DNA from: a bacterium
GTDB taxonomy: Bacteria; CG2-30-53-67
Direction: 5' to 3'
Assembly: GCA_024277725.1 (NCBI GenBank)
Contig: JAJRUP010000054.1
Location: forward strand, 1-52,791
Length of the DNA: 52,791 nt
Shown: positions 20,147-28,721 of the stretch, in pieces
Numbering within the stretch: the first letter of the stretch is position 1
Layout: every line of letters begins with the position of its first letter
Notes under the pieces: generated by a model
The model's database searches: none
What the model saw: only the letters and a program-made list of their open reading frames with translations
Told to the model about the DNA's origin: nothing
Position numbers and translations under genes: made by a program

Positions 20147-20175
20147 ACAATACAGGCTTACCTTCGTATTGTCAA
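20147..20175 (-). promoter_or_regulatory. Candidate sigma-70 promoter of the glycan operon
   Basis: The minus strand reads TTGACA (20175-20170), a 17 nt spacer, then TATTGT (20152-20147). This lies about 140 nt upstream of the Wza-like ATG. Confidence 0.45.
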
Positions 20176-20233
20176 ACACAAAGAAATACTGGAATAATCA
20201 AGCACTACTCCATTTTGCACCTCTATTTTATAA

Positions 20234-20248
20234 GCAATTTGTATGCCA
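20234..20248 (-). promoter_or_regulatory. Candidate sigma-54 (-24/-12) promoter of the glycan operon
   Basis: The minus strand reads aTGGCATacaaaTTGCtt. Against the consensus TGGCAC-N5-TTGCW it has the GG and GC dinucleotides at the correct 12 nt register and one mismatch. It faces the operon, about 234 nt upstream of the first ATG. Confidence 0.5.
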
Positions 20249-20353
20249 TTTGTTCCAAAAAAATTACAAACATATAACCTGTTGAGAACAAAAGTCTTTA
20301 TGGGCATTACTCAAAATAATAACGGAGTCGCTTCACAAAAACATGAAAAAAAA

Positions 20354-20399
20354 TTCTCAATATGAGAAAAACATTTCACAAAAAGGGAAAATATTTTCC
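20354..20399. promoter_or_regulatory. Two perfect palindromes upstream of the sigma-54 element; candidate activator (UAS) sites
   Basis: The first is TTCTCAATATGAGAA (20354-20368) and the second is GGAAAATATTTTCC (20386-20399). Their centres are about three helical turns apart, and they lie about 105-150 bp upstream of the -24 element. Confidence 0.35.
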
Positions 20400-20551
20400 A
20401 CTATTCGGTAAAGACAATAAATTCACCACAAAAAGCCTTAATAGTCATCAGCATGCAAAAAAATAAGCCACATATATGGCTACATGTGGCAAAAGGCACC
20501 AATTGCGTGGAAGATATCGAAGAAATTTTCCGTACCGGTCAGAATGAACTA

Positions 20552-20617
20552 CCCCGCCGCAAGCAGCGGGGTATCAACTTCTCTATTTCGGTACATCACT
20601 CGCAGCAAGCTGCGGGG
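20552..20617 (-). terminator. Two GC-rich hairpins downstream of the small membrane-protein gene; possible end of the heat-shock transcription unit
   Basis: The hairpins are ACCCCGC-cgcaagca-GCGGGGT (20552-20573) and CGCAGC-aa-GCTGCG (20602-20615). No clear U-tract follows either one. Confidence 0.3.
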
Positions 20618-20636
20618 AATTAGACCCTAAAAGAGA

Positions 20637-20885
20637 TTAAAGATCGAGGAAGTGATCCCGAGGGTCGGGCATTCCCTTTTCCACATTCCGGATGGAAAGA
20701 CCGAAGCCTAAGACCATGAGACCGATCAGGATGAAAAATGTGGCCACCATGACCCGAAGGAGAGCGGGAAAAAGCACGATCAGGAGCCCCAGCAGGATCA
20801 GGAGACTTCCCTGAAAGATGAAGAAGGTCGAGAATCCGCCGGAGCGGACGTTATGGAAGGTCGTTGTAGATCTCATGGTGCACAC
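20637..20885 (-). CDS. Small hydrophobic membrane protein (2-3 TM helices), function unknown
   Basis: The hydrophobic core is GGFSTFFIFQGSLLILLGLLIVLFPALLRVMVATFFILIGLMVLGFGLSI. The gene lies 35 nt downstream of clpB on the same strand. Confidence 0.5.
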   Translation of the reverse strand: MCTMRSTTTFHNVRSGGFSTFFIFQGSLLILLGLLIVLFPALLRVMVATFFILIGLMVLGFGLSIRNVEKGMPDPRDHFLDL

Positions 20886-20920
20886 CTCCTTTCAGACAAA
20901 CTGCCATGACTGCAATATAC

Positions 20921-23560
20921 TCAGGGTTTCACCATCTCTCCCACGGCGCCCTTGCGAAAAACCGCCCGGTTTTCGGACCACTCCGCAATCACGGAATCTC
21001 CCGCTTCAAAATGACCGCTTAAGAGTTCCCGGGAGAGAGGGTTTTCAATCAGTTGCTGAATCGTTCGTTTCAGGGGTCGCGCACCGTAAAGGGGATCATA
21101 CCCGATCTCGGCGATCTTCGCCTTGAGTTCGTCGGTCACCTCCAGGGACATCCCTGCATCGACCAACCTGGCATCGAGCCGCATAAGAAGCAGATCGACA
21201 ATCTTCAGCAGGTCCGCCTGCGTCAGGGAATGAAAGACGATGATCTCGTCGATCCGGTTCAAAAACTCCGGTTTGAAAACTCCCTTCAGTTCCTGGATGA
21301 CCTCGCTGCGCATCGATTCATACTGTTTCAGGTAATCTTCACTCCCCGTACTCTCGGCAATCTGCCGGATGTACTGGCTCCCCACGTTGGAGGTCATAAT
21401 AATCACGGTATTTTTGAAATCCACGGTCCGCCCGTGGGAATCGGTCAGGCGACCATCCTCCAGGATCTGCAGGAGGATATTGAAAACATCGGGATGGGCC
21501 TTTTCGATCTCGTCTAAGAGGACCACGGCATAGGGCCTCCGACGGACCGCCTCGGTCAACTGCCCCCCTTCTTCGTAACCGACATAGCCGGGAGGAGCAC
21601 CGATCAGCCGCGCAACGGTATGACGTTCCATGTATTCGGACATGTCGATCCGGATCATGGCGTCTTCATCGTCGAAGAGGAATTCCGCCAGAGTCCGCGT
21701 CAGTTCGGTCTTCCCCACACCCGTCGGTCCCAGGAAGATGAAAGAACCGATGGGACGCTTCGGATCGGCAAGACCGGCCCGGGCACGCCGGACGGCGTCT
21801 GCCACAGCCGTCACGGCCGGATCCTGCCCGACGACACGACGTTTCAAAGCCTCTTCAATCCGGAGGAGTTTCTCCCGCTCCCCCTCCAACATCTTCGATA
21901 CGGGGATCCCCGTCCAGTTGGCTACCACTTCGGCTACATCCTCATCGGTCACTTCCTCCGTCAGGATGGCCCCATTTTCCTGGATTGCGTCCAACTCCTT
22001 TTGTGCCGCCTCGAGTTTTTTATTCAACTCCACCAGGACGCCGTAGCGGAATTCCGAAGCCTTCTGCAGATCCCCTTCCCGCTCCGCCTTCTCCTCGCCG
22101 ACTTTTGCCTCTTCGATCTTCTCTTTGACGGAACGGATGGTGGCAATGGCCCCTTTCTCTGCCGTCCATCGCTCCTTCAAGGCGGCGGAATCCTTTTTCA
22201 ACCCTTCCAGTTCCTGCTCGATCCTTCCAATCCGCTCTTTGGAAGCCGGATCCTTCTCCCGCATCAACCCCTGGCGCTCAATCTCCAGCTGGCGGATCTT
22301 TCGTTCCACCTCATCGAGTTCGACGGGCATGCTGTCGATTTCCATCTTCAGCTTCGATGCCGCCTCGTCGATCAGGTCGATCGCCTTATCCGGCAGAAAG
22401 CGGTCCGTGATGTAGCGGTGGGAAAGGGTCGCCGCCGCCACCAGGGCAGTATCCTGAATCCGGACGCCGTGATGAATTTCATAACGTTCCTTGAGCCCCC
22501 GGAGGATGGAGATGGTCTCTTCCACGGAAGGCTCACCTAAAAGGACCGGCTGAAAACGCCGTTCCAGGGCGGCATCCTTTTCAATATGTTTCCGGTACTC
22601 ATCCAGCGTGGTCGCACCGACACAACGAAGTTCCCCCCGGGCGAGGGCCGGTTTCAACATATTGGAGGCATCCATCGCCCCCTCGGCGGCACCGGCACCC
22701 ACCAGAGTATGGAGTTCATCGATGAAGAGGATAATGCGCCCCTCGGTTTCGTTGATCTCCTTCAGGACCGCTTTCAGACGATCCTCAAACTCTCCCCGGT
22801 ACTTGGAACCGGCAACGAGAGCGCCCAGATCAAGAGCCAGGACACGCTTGTTCTTGATACTCTCCGGTACGTCTCCGGCCACCACCCGCTGCGCCAGCCC
22901 TTCAGCCAGGGCGGTCTTGCCGACTCCGGGCTCTCCGATCAGAACGGGATTGTTCTTGGTCCTGCGCGACAGAACCTGGATCACCCGGCGGATCTCTTCG
23001 TCCCGCCCGATAATCGGATCGAGTTTCCCTTTCCGGGCCTCTTCGGTCAGATCCCGGGTGTATCGCTTCAGCGCCTGGTACTTCTCCTCGGGATTCTGAT
23101 CGGTCACCCGATGAGAACCCCGAATCTCCTTGAGCACCGCCAGAATCCGGTCCCGGGTAACATGATGTTTCTTGAGCAGACGGGCAACGGCCCCTCCCTT
23201 TTCGACCAGGGCAATCAGGAGATGTTCGGTACTGACGTATTCATCCTGTAATCTTTCCGCCTCGGCAAGGGCGGCATCAAACACCTGTTCCAACTCTTTT
23301 GTGATATAGATCTGATCCAGGGCCGCAGGACCTGAGACCTTCGGTTTTTTCTCCAGCATCTCCTGCAACTCCCCTTTGAGCTGATCCGGAGAAACCTCCA
23401 GTCGTTGCAGGACCGGAACGACGACCCCCTCTTTCTGATGCGCCAAGGCCATCAGAAGATGGTCTCCATCAACCTGCTGGTGCCCGCGCTGCCGTGCAAT
23501 CGATTGCCCTTCCTGCACGGCTTCCTGCGCTTTCAGTGTAAATCGATCGAGTCTCATCAT
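20921..23560 (-). CDS. clpB: ATP-dependent disaggregase ClpB
   Basis: This is a full-length two-AAA+ protein with a ClpB-type N-domain ([13 protein letters not shown]). Walker A motifs are GEPGVGKT and GPTGVGKT. It has the long middle coiled-coil domain characteristic of ClpB. Confidence 0.95.
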   Translation of the reverse strand: MMRLDRFTLKAQEAVQEGQSIARQRGHQQVDGDHLLMALAHQKEGVVVPVLQRLEVSPDQLKGELQEMLEKKPKVSGPAALDQIYITKELEQVFDAALAEAERLQDEYVSTEHLLIALVEKGGAVARLLKKHHVTRDRILAVLKEIRGSHRVTDQNPEEKYQALKRYTRDLTEEARKGKLDPIIGRDEEIRRVIQVLSRRTKNNPVLIGEPGVGKTALAEGLAQRVVAGDVPESIKNKRVLALDLGALVAGSKYRGEFEDRLKAVLKEINETEGRIILFIDELHTLVGAGAAEGAMDASNMLKPALARGELRCVGATTLDEYRKHIEKDAALERRFQPVLLGEPSVEETISILRGLKERYEIHHGVRIQDTALVAAATLSHRYITDRFLPDKAIDLIDEAASKLKMEIDSMPVELDEVERKIRQLEIERQGLMREKDPASKERIGRIEQELEGLKKDSAALKERWTAEKGAIATIRSVKEKIEEAKVGEEKAEREGDLQKASEFRYGVLVELNKKLEAAQKELDAIQENGAILTEEVTDEDVAEVVANWTGIPVSKMLEGEREKLLRIEEALKRRVVGQDPAVTAVADAVRRARAGLADPKRPIGSFIFLGPTGVGKTELTRTLAEFLFDDEDAMIRIDMSEYMERHTVARLIGAPPGYVGYEEGGQLTEAVRRRPYAVVLLDEIEKAHPDVFNILLQILEDGRLTDSHGRTVDFKNTVIIMTSNVGSQYIRQIAESTGSEDYLKQYESMRSEVIQELKGVFKPEFLNRIDEIIVFHSLTQADLLKIVDLLLMRLDARLVDAGMSLEVTDELKAKIAEIGYDPLYGARPLKRTIQQLIENPLSRELLSGHFEAGDSVIAEWSENRAVFRKGAVGEMVKP

Positions 23561-23659
23561 TCATCACCTCGCAAAAAGTCGCTTCGCTCCTTTTTACTCG
23601 GCGGGAAAAGGCATCCTCTCCCCTACCGTTTCAAATCAAATGGTTCCAGCCCCACCTCA

Positions 23660-23687
23660 CAGGCCGGGCTTACCCGCCCTCGGCCTG
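23660..23687 (-). terminator. Strong hairpin between hspR and clpB (attenuator or processing-site candidate)
   Basis: CAGGCCG...CGGCCTG encloses GGC-ttaccc-GCC. The hairpin lies about 20 nt downstream of the hspR stop. Confidence 0.3.
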
Positions 23688-23707
23688 CTCGGGCTCCACC
23701 GGGTCCG

Positions 23708-24073
23708 TCAACCACGTCTCCAGAGCTTCCCGGTCCGGATCCGGATCAGGGCGTCCTTCTTCCCCTTGCCGGGTTGCAACTCTTCCATGACGAAGCGAAT
23801 GATCTCTTTCTGGGTCTGCTCCAACGCCTCCACCTGTTCCTTGAGACGGAGAATCACTTCTACCCCGGCCAGGTTCACCCCCAATTCCCGGGTCAGATTG
23901 AGAATCGTCTGAAGCAGCTGGATATCCCGACGGGAATAGAGCCGTGTATTTCCCGGCGAACGCCGCGGGTGGATCAGCCCTTCCCGCTCATAGACCCGCA
24001 GCGTTTGGGGATGCACGTCGAATTGCCGGGCCACAGCGCTGATCGTAAAGTATTCTTTCTCAGCAGGAGCCAT
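23708..24073 (-). CDS. hspR: MerR-family heat-shock repressor HspR
   Basis: The sequence YFTISAVARQFDVHPQTLRVYEREGLIHPRRSPGNTRLYSRRDIQLLQTILNLTRELGVNLAGVEVILRL closely follows the HspR pattern (HPQTLR.Y.R.GL..P.R....R.YS.RDI.LL....L....G.NLAG). The gene sits directly after a dnaJ-class gene, as in dnaK-dnaJ-hspR operons. Confidence 0.8.
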   Translation of the reverse strand: MAPAEKEYFTISAVARQFDVHPQTLRVYEREGLIHPRRSPGNTRLYSRRDIQLLQTILNLTRELGVNLAGVEVILRLKEQVEALEQTQKEIIRFVMEELQPGKGKKDALIRIRTGKLWRRG

Positions 24074-24074
24074 C

Positions 24075-24995
24075 TTACCACCTCAGATTACGCCGCGGTT
24101 CTTCATGGGTGATCCGCTCAAAATCCCGGAGCAACTTCTCCGATTCTTCATTCAATTGCGTCGGAACACTCACCTTCACCACAACAAACTGGTCGCCTCT
24201 TCCTCCCCCCCGCAGATGGGGAATTCCCTTCCCCTTAAGGCGAAGTTTCTGGCCGCTTTGCGTACCGGGAGGAATCGTCATCTGAATCGCGCCGTCGATG
24301 GTGATCACCCGAACCTTGGTCCCCAGCGCCGCTTCTGCAAAGGTGACGGGTAGATCGAGATAGATATTATCCCCCTTCCGTTGGAAGAAGGGATGGGGGC
24401 GAACCTTGGTGACGATAAAAAGATCTCCCGGGGGCCCTCCCCGGACGCCGGGCTCCCCTTTCCCGGCGATCCGGATCTTGGAACCCGTATCAACACCGGC
24501 TGGGATCTTTACGGAAATCCTGTTCCCATTCCGGCTGATCCGGGTTTTCAACCCCTTTGCGGCATCCTCGAACGAAATCTCCATGGAATACTGAACGTCC
24601 TGCCCCTTTTGCGGACCGGCCGGCCGCGTCCGCCCTCCGCCGGTAAAGAGTTCGCTGAAGAGGTCCTCAAAACCACCGAACCCTCCCCGCCCGAAATTCC
24701 CGGTCTTGAATTCAAACCCCTCGAACCCCGTCCCCCGGGTGGAGTACCCCTGCGAGGCGTTAACCCCCTGCCGTGCACCCGCCTTCCCGAAGAGGTCGTA
24801 CTGCTTTTTCTTCTCGGGGTCGCTCAGCACCTCATAGGCCTCGGAGATCTCCTTGAATTTTGCCTCGGCCTCCTTGGAGTTCACGTTGACATCCGGATGA
24901 TATTTCCGGGCGAGTTTCCGATAGGCCTTCTTGATCTCATCGGCCCCGGCATTTCGTGACACGCCGAGGATCTCGTAATAACCGTTCTTTGTCAT
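24075..24995 (-). CDS. cbpA: DnaJ-class co-chaperone without a zinc-finger domain (CbpA-like)
   Basis: The J domain is [35 protein letters not shown]-rich linker and C-terminal substrate-binding domains follow. No CxxCxGxG repeats are present. I placed the start at the ATG at 24995; the track start at 25010 is a GTG. Confidence 0.85.
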   Translation of the reverse strand: MTKNGYYEILGVSRNAGADEIKKAYRKLARKYHPDVNVNSKEAEAKFKEISEAYEVLSDPEKKKQYDLFGKAGARQGVNASQGYSTRGTGFEGFEFKTGNFGRGGFGGFEDLFSELFTGGGRTRPAGPQKGQDVQYSMEISFEDAAKGLKTRISRNGNRISVKIPAGVDTGSKIRIAGKGEPGVRGGPPGDLFIVTKVRPHPFFQRKGDNIYLDLPVTFAEAALGTKVRVITIDGAIQMTIPPGTQSGQKLRLKGKGIPHLRGGGRGDQFVVVKVSVPTQLNEESEKLLRDFERITHEEPRRNLRW

Positions 24996-25035
24996 AACGT
25001 CTCGGGTCACATCCTGTCCGGGAACGCTTCCCGGA

Positions 25036-25485
25036 TTATTCGACTTTAACCTTGATGCTTTTCGGTTTCTTTTCCTGCTTCTTCGGCATAACGATTTTCA
25101 GCACACCATCCTCATAGGTCGCCTTGACACCGTCCTGGTCGACGCTGTTCGGCAGGGTAAAGGACCGGACAAAGGTCCCATAGGAACGCTCGATCCGGTA
25201 ATAGTTCTCGTCGTCCGTCCTTTTCTTGAACTTCCTCTCCCCCTTCAGGACCAGGGTGTCGTCTTCGATCTTGATCTCGATCTCATCCTGGGACACCCCG
25301 GGGATCTCCGCCTTCAGGACGACATTGGAACCGCTTTCATAGATATCGACCGGCGGCGACCAGCTTCCTTTGCAGAAATCCTCCCGCCCCCCCGTCTGCA
25401 TGGCCCGCGTCTCATTAAAAAGTTGATTCATTCGGTCCTGGATGGACAGCAGGTCACGGAAGGGATCCCATTTCTTCATCGACAT
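25036..25485 (-). CDS. Small heat-shock protein (Hsp20 / alpha-crystallin family)
   Basis: The motifs are WDPFRDL...PPVDIYE...[30 protein letters not shown]...[11 protein letters not shown]...GVLKIVMPK. The ATG at 25485 has AAAGGA 7 nt upstream. Confidence 0.9.
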   Translation of the reverse strand: MSMKKWDPFRDLLSIQDRMNQLFNETRAMQTGGREDFCKGSWSPPVDIYESGSNVVLKAEIPGVSQDEIEIKIEDDTLVLKGERKFKKRTDDENYYRIERSYGTFVRSFTLPNSVDQDGVKATYEDGVLKIVMPKKQEKKPKSIKVKVE

Positions 25486-25650
25486 AGACACATCCTTTCA
25501 GATTGATGCGTAACGGCTCAGGCTGCCCCGATTCCGCCGCAGGGCAAGGCGCTACAAATACGTTGAAGATTCGAGCACCGCAATACCTCAAGCCCCCCCC
25601 TTTGACCGCCGCTGAAAGCGGTGTTTATTATGAAAAGCGGGGCACGCGAC

Positions 25651-25673
25651 GCTCTGCAACGGAGTTGCAGAGC
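25651..25673 (-). terminator. 10 bp hairpin in the dnaK-hsp20 spacer (partial terminator or mRNA stabiliser candidate)
   Basis: The hairpin is GCTCTGCAAC-gga-GTTGCAGAGC, about 50 nt downstream of the dnaK stop. Confidence 0.35.
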
Positions 25674-25723
25674 GGTAAGCGTAACGCCGCCATGCGGCAA
25701 AAGAGGGGTGAGCCGGGCCGTTA

Positions 25724-27625
25724 CTATTTTTCGTCTTCAAATTCCGCATCCACCACCTCCGCTTCTTCCGCAGGGGCTTCGGCCGTTGCTTCTCCGGGGC
25801 CTTCCGGACCGGCGGCCTGCTGTTGAGCATGTTGCTGATAGATCACCTCCGCCAATTTGTGCGAGGCCTGAGTGATCTTCTCCGTAGCCGCTTTCATCCG
25901 GTCCGTTTCCTCGGAAGAGAGGGCCTTTTTTCCTTCCTCCAGCGCTTCTTCAACGTTTTTGAGATCCCCTTCGTCCAGCTTGTCCTTGTTCTCCTTCAAG
26001 GTTTTTTCCGTGTTATAGATCAAGCTGTCGAGCTGGTTCTTCGTCTCAATGGCCTCACGTCGTTTCTTGTCTTCCTCGGCATGGGACTCGGCCTCTTTCA
26101 CCATCCGTTCAATCTCGTCCTCAGCCAAACCGCTGGAGGAGGTAATGGTGATCTGTTGTTCCTTGCCGGTCCCCATATCCTTGGCCGAAACATTCACAAT
26201 TCCGTTTGCATCGATATCAAAGGAGACTTCAATCTGGGGGATCCCCCGGGGAGCGGAAGGGATGCCTACGAGATGGAAACGTCCCAAAGTCCGGTTGTCC
26301 CGCGCCATCTCCCGTTCTCCCTGGAGCACATGAATCTCCACGCTGGTCTGGTTGTCCTCCGCCGTGGAAAAGACCTGGCTTTTCTTGGTGGGGATCGTCG
26401 TGTTACGCTCGATCAGGCGGGTCATCACACCGCCCAAGGTCTCGATTCCGAGGGAAAGGGGCGTCACGTCAAGGAGGAGAAGGTCTTTCACGTCGCCGGC
26501 CAAGACCCCGCCCTGAATGGCTGCACCCATGGCCACCACTTCATCGGGGTTGACCCCTTTGCTCGGTTCCTTCCCGAAGACCTCCTTGACCACCTTATGT
26601 ACCAGCGGAACACGGGTCGACCCCCCGACCAGAACCACCTCATCAACCTCACCGGCCGAGATCTTGGCATCGGCCAGGGCCTTCCGGCAGGGCTCCTTGC
26701 TCCGTTCCACCAGGTCTTCAATCAACTGCTCGAACTTCGAGCGGGTCAACTTGATGTTCATATGTTTCGGACCGGCCGCATCGGCGGTAATAAAGGGGAG
26801 GTTGATCTCCGTTTCCTGAACGGTGGAGAGTTCAATCTTCGCCTTTTCGGCAGCTTCTTTCAGCCGCTGCAGCACCATCTGGTCGGTGCTCAGGTCGATC
26901 CCCTGGTCCTTCTTGAATTCCGCAATCAACCAGTCGATCACCCGCTGGTCGAGATTGTCACCGCCGAGATGGGTATCTCCGTTGGTCGCTTTCACCTCCA
27001 CCACGTTGTCTCCCACCTCTAAAATGGAGATATCAAAGGTACCACCGCCGAAATCATAAACGGCGATCGTCTGATCCTTTTTCTTGTCCAGGCCGTAGGC
27101 AAGGGCCGCCGCCGTCGGTTCATTGATAATCCGCTTGACCTCAAGACCGGCGATCTTGCCGGCATCCTTCGTCGCCTGCCGCTGACTGTCATTGAAATAA
27201 GCGGGAACGGTAATGACGGCCTCGGTTACCTTCTCCCCCAGAAAGTCCTCGGCCGACTTTTTCAGTTTCTGCAGAATCTTGGCCGAGATCTCCGGCGGCG
27301 AATATTCTTTCCCCTTGACAACTACCTTCGCCTCGTTATTTGTCCCCTCGATCACTTTGTAAGGGACGATCTGCATTTCCTCACTGACTTCCCCGAACCG
27401 TCTTCCCATGAAACGCTTGATGGAGAAGATCGTATTCTCGGGATTGGTGACGGCCTGACGTTTTGCCACCTGTCCGACCATGATGGTATCGTCCTTGCCG
27501 TAGGCCACAACGGAGGGGGTCGTCCTGCCCCCTTCTTCGTTCGTAATCACCTCCGGGTCGTTTCCCTGCATCACTGCAACCACGGAGTTGGTCGTTCCCA
27601 GGTCGATTCCGATAATCTTGCCCAT
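25724..27625 (-). CDS. dnaK: Molecular chaperone DnaK (Hsp70)
   Basis: The N-terminus is [19 protein letters not shown], followed by [10 protein letters not shown] and the rest of a full-length Hsp70. I placed the start at the ATG at 27625, which has AGGAGG upstream. The longer track ORF adds a non-homologous 31 aa. Confidence 0.97.
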   Translation of the reverse strand: MGKIIGIDLGTTNSVVAVMQGNDPEVITNEEGGRTTPSVVAYGKDDTIMVGQVAKRQAVTNPENTIFSIKRFMGRRFGEVSEEMQIVPYKVIEGTNNEAKVVVKGKEYSPPEISAKILQKLKKSAEDFLGEKVTEAVITVPAYFNDSQRQATKDAGKIAGLEVKRIINEPTAAALAYGLDKKKDQTIAVYDFGGGTFDISILEVGDNVVEVKATNGDTHLGGDNLDQRVIDWLIAEFKKDQGIDLSTDQMVLQRLKEAAEKAKIELSTVQETEINLPFITADAAGPKHMNIKLTRSKFEQLIEDLVERSKEPCRKALADAKISAGEVDEVVLVGGSTRVPLVHKVVKEVFGKEPSKGVNPDEVVAMGAAIQGGVLAGDVKDLLLLDVTPLSLGIETLGGVMTRLIERNTTIPTKKSQVFSTAEDNQTSVEIHVLQGEREMARDNRTLGRFHLVGIPSAPRGIPQIEVSFDIDANGIVNVSAKDMGTGKEQQITITSSSGLAEDEIERMVKEAESHAEEDKKRREAIETKNQLDSLIYNTEKTLKENKDKLDEGDLKNVEEALEEGKKALSSEETDRMKAATEKITQASHKLAEVIYQQHAQQQAAGPEGPGEATAEAPAEEAEVVDAEFEDEK

Positions 27626-27689
27626 TTGTGCATCCTCCTTTTGATCGAAGATAATATAATATCTTTCGAGATAACTTGAGTCTGCCTGA

Positions 27690-27718
27690 AATATAATTAT
27701 TGAGTCTCCCTCTGTCAA
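27690..27718 (-). promoter_or_regulatory. Near-consensus sigma-70 promoter of the dnaK operon, with HAIR-like half-sites
   Basis: The minus strand reads TTGACA (27718-27713), a 17 nt spacer, then TATATT (27695-27690). An imperfect inverted repeat, ATTGAGT-N7-TGTCAAC (27699-27719), overlaps the -35. An exact CTTGAGT half-site lies at 27675-27681, downstream of the -10. Confidence 0.6.
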
Positions 27719-27778
27719 CGTTGCAGGTGATGAAAAAACAAAAAAAGATGGTTCCGTGGGGGAAAATCAGGGGAAACG

Positions 27779-28076
27779 CTTCGTGGTTCTGTTCGTAAAT
27801 ACTGTGATGCCCCGATAGGACCTGTCTGTGCGTATCCGCATGCAGACAGGTTGCAAAACGGCCTCATCAAGGAGAGCGACTTCAGGCCGTACCCTCGTGG
27901 TACGGCGCAAGGAGCGGATCCCATGATACCTTGATGTTTAAGCCGCCGCAGACGGCATTCATCCAAGTGAAGCAAGAGTCCGGCCCAGCGAAGGCCTGCC
28001 TTCGCTGGGGAGAAGAAAACGAAAGATAAGGCCACGGCACTCAAATGCTGCCGAATCGACGAACAGGGCCTCTTCG
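27779..28076. repeat. Long (298 bp) member of the intergenic palindromic element family (copy A)
   Basis: The left end CTTCGTGGTTCTGTTCGTAAATACTGTGA matches the reverse complement of the right end of copy C. The right end GGCACTCAAATGCTGCCGAATCGACGAACAGGGCC matches the reverse complement of copy D. The interior holds at least four perfect stems. Confidence 0.7.
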
Positions 28077-28135
28077 TTACGGAAAGGGGGGAAATTAAGA
28101 ACGATCACATCGGGGAATCGGGAACAAGCTGAATT

Positions 28136-28576
28136 CTAATCCACTTCCACCTGAATGGTTTTTTCCTTTTTCTCTATCGGCAGACGGATCTCAAGGACAC
28201 CTTTGTCGAACTGGGCCTGAACTTCCTGTTTCACAATACTCTGTGGGAGCGTAAAAGCCCGTTGAAAGGAACCGTAGGAACACTCCATACGGTAGTATTT
28301 CTCCCGGCCCGTCTCTTTTACAAATTTCCTTTCTCCTCTTAGGAGGAGGACGTCTCCCTCGATCTGTATATCGATATCCTCTTTCCGCACACCGGGAAGT
28401 TCGACCCGTAGAATAATATCCTTTCCCGTTTCCAGGATATCGACGGCAGGCATGAAAACACCGCCTTTTTCCTTTTCCAGACACGGTGTGGAATAGACCG
28501 AGTCATCAAAAAAGCGGTTCAGCCGTTCCTGGGTCAAGGAAAAATCCTGGAAGGGGTCCCAACGACGGATTGCCAT
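28136..28576 (-). CDS. Small heat-shock protein (Hsp20 family), second copy
   Basis: The motifs are WDPFQDF...MPAVDILE...IILRVELPGVRKEDIDIQIEGDVLLLRGER...YGSFQRAFTLP...GVLEIRLP. Confidence 0.9.
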   Translation of the reverse strand: MAIRRWDPFQDFSLTQERLNRFFDDSVYSTPCLEKEKGGVFMPAVDILETGKDIILRVELPGVRKEDIDIQIEGDVLLLRGERKFVKETGREKYYRMECSYGSFQRAFTLPQSIVKQEVQAQFDKGVLEIRLPIEKKEKTIQVEVD

Positions 28577-28614
28577 AAAAACTCCTTTATCTGCATCATG
28601 TCAATGACGTACAA

Positions 28615-28643
28615 ACTATAGAAGGATCGTATTAATTTGTCAA
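28615..28643 (-). promoter_or_regulatory. Near-consensus sigma-70 promoter of the second hsp20 gene
   Basis: The minus strand reads TTGACA (28643-28638), a 17 nt spacer, then TATAGT (28620-28615). An AAGGAG SD precedes the ATG. Confidence 0.6.
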
Positions 28644-28721
28644 GTTCTTCGCATCAATTCAGCCCTCCAGGAGACGGTTCCGCCTGCTATTAGATAAAAA
28701 TTTCATCACTGGATCCGGGCA

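Noticed and set aside
20495-20506. Plus-strand GGCAC-caa-TTGC resembling a sigma-54 promoter.
   Set aside because: The GG to GC spacing is 10 nt rather than 12 nt. It also points toward the 3-prime end of a convergent gene, so there is nothing for it to transcribe.
20552-20630. CRISPR-like pair of repeats: CCCCGCCGCAAGCAGCGGGGTATCAAC and CTCGCAGCAAGCTGCGGGGAATTAGAC, whose hairpin resembles type I repeats.
   Set aside because: There are only two degenerate copies. They are separated by about 20 nt, which is too short for a spacer. No cas genes and no further repeats are present. I treat them as terminator-type hairpins.
23606-23634. Possible sigma-32-type promoter (TTGAAA-N17-CCTTTT) upstream of clpB.
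   Set aside because: The -10 region matches the CCCCATnT / CYTATnT consensus only weakly, so it does not support a call.
27675-27719. A canonical HspR operator (HAIR, CTTGAGT-N7-ACTCAAG) at the dnaK promoter.
   Set aside because: Only one exact half-site and one 6/7 plus 4/7 imperfect repeat are present. I report them as HAIR-like half-sites rather than as an established operator.
27851-28030. The structured insert of copy A as a known RNA (RNase P, SRP/4.5S, tmRNA, 6S, group II intron domain V, or a riboswitch).
   Set aside because: I could not find the diagnostic conserved strings: GAGGAAAGUCCGG for RNase P, the GGAA-loop domain IV motif for SRP, a tRNA-like acceptor/T-arm for tmRNA, or the 34 nt bulged D5. 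It is kept only as an unclassified structured element.
27715-28044. A 109 aa ORF across repeat copy A, and small ORFs such as 32628-32840, 32711-32980, 36531-36719 and 36314-36709.
   Set aside because: They are translations of the palindromic repeat family, which explains the shared pseudo-peptides. They lack start-site context and overlap intergenic hairpins.
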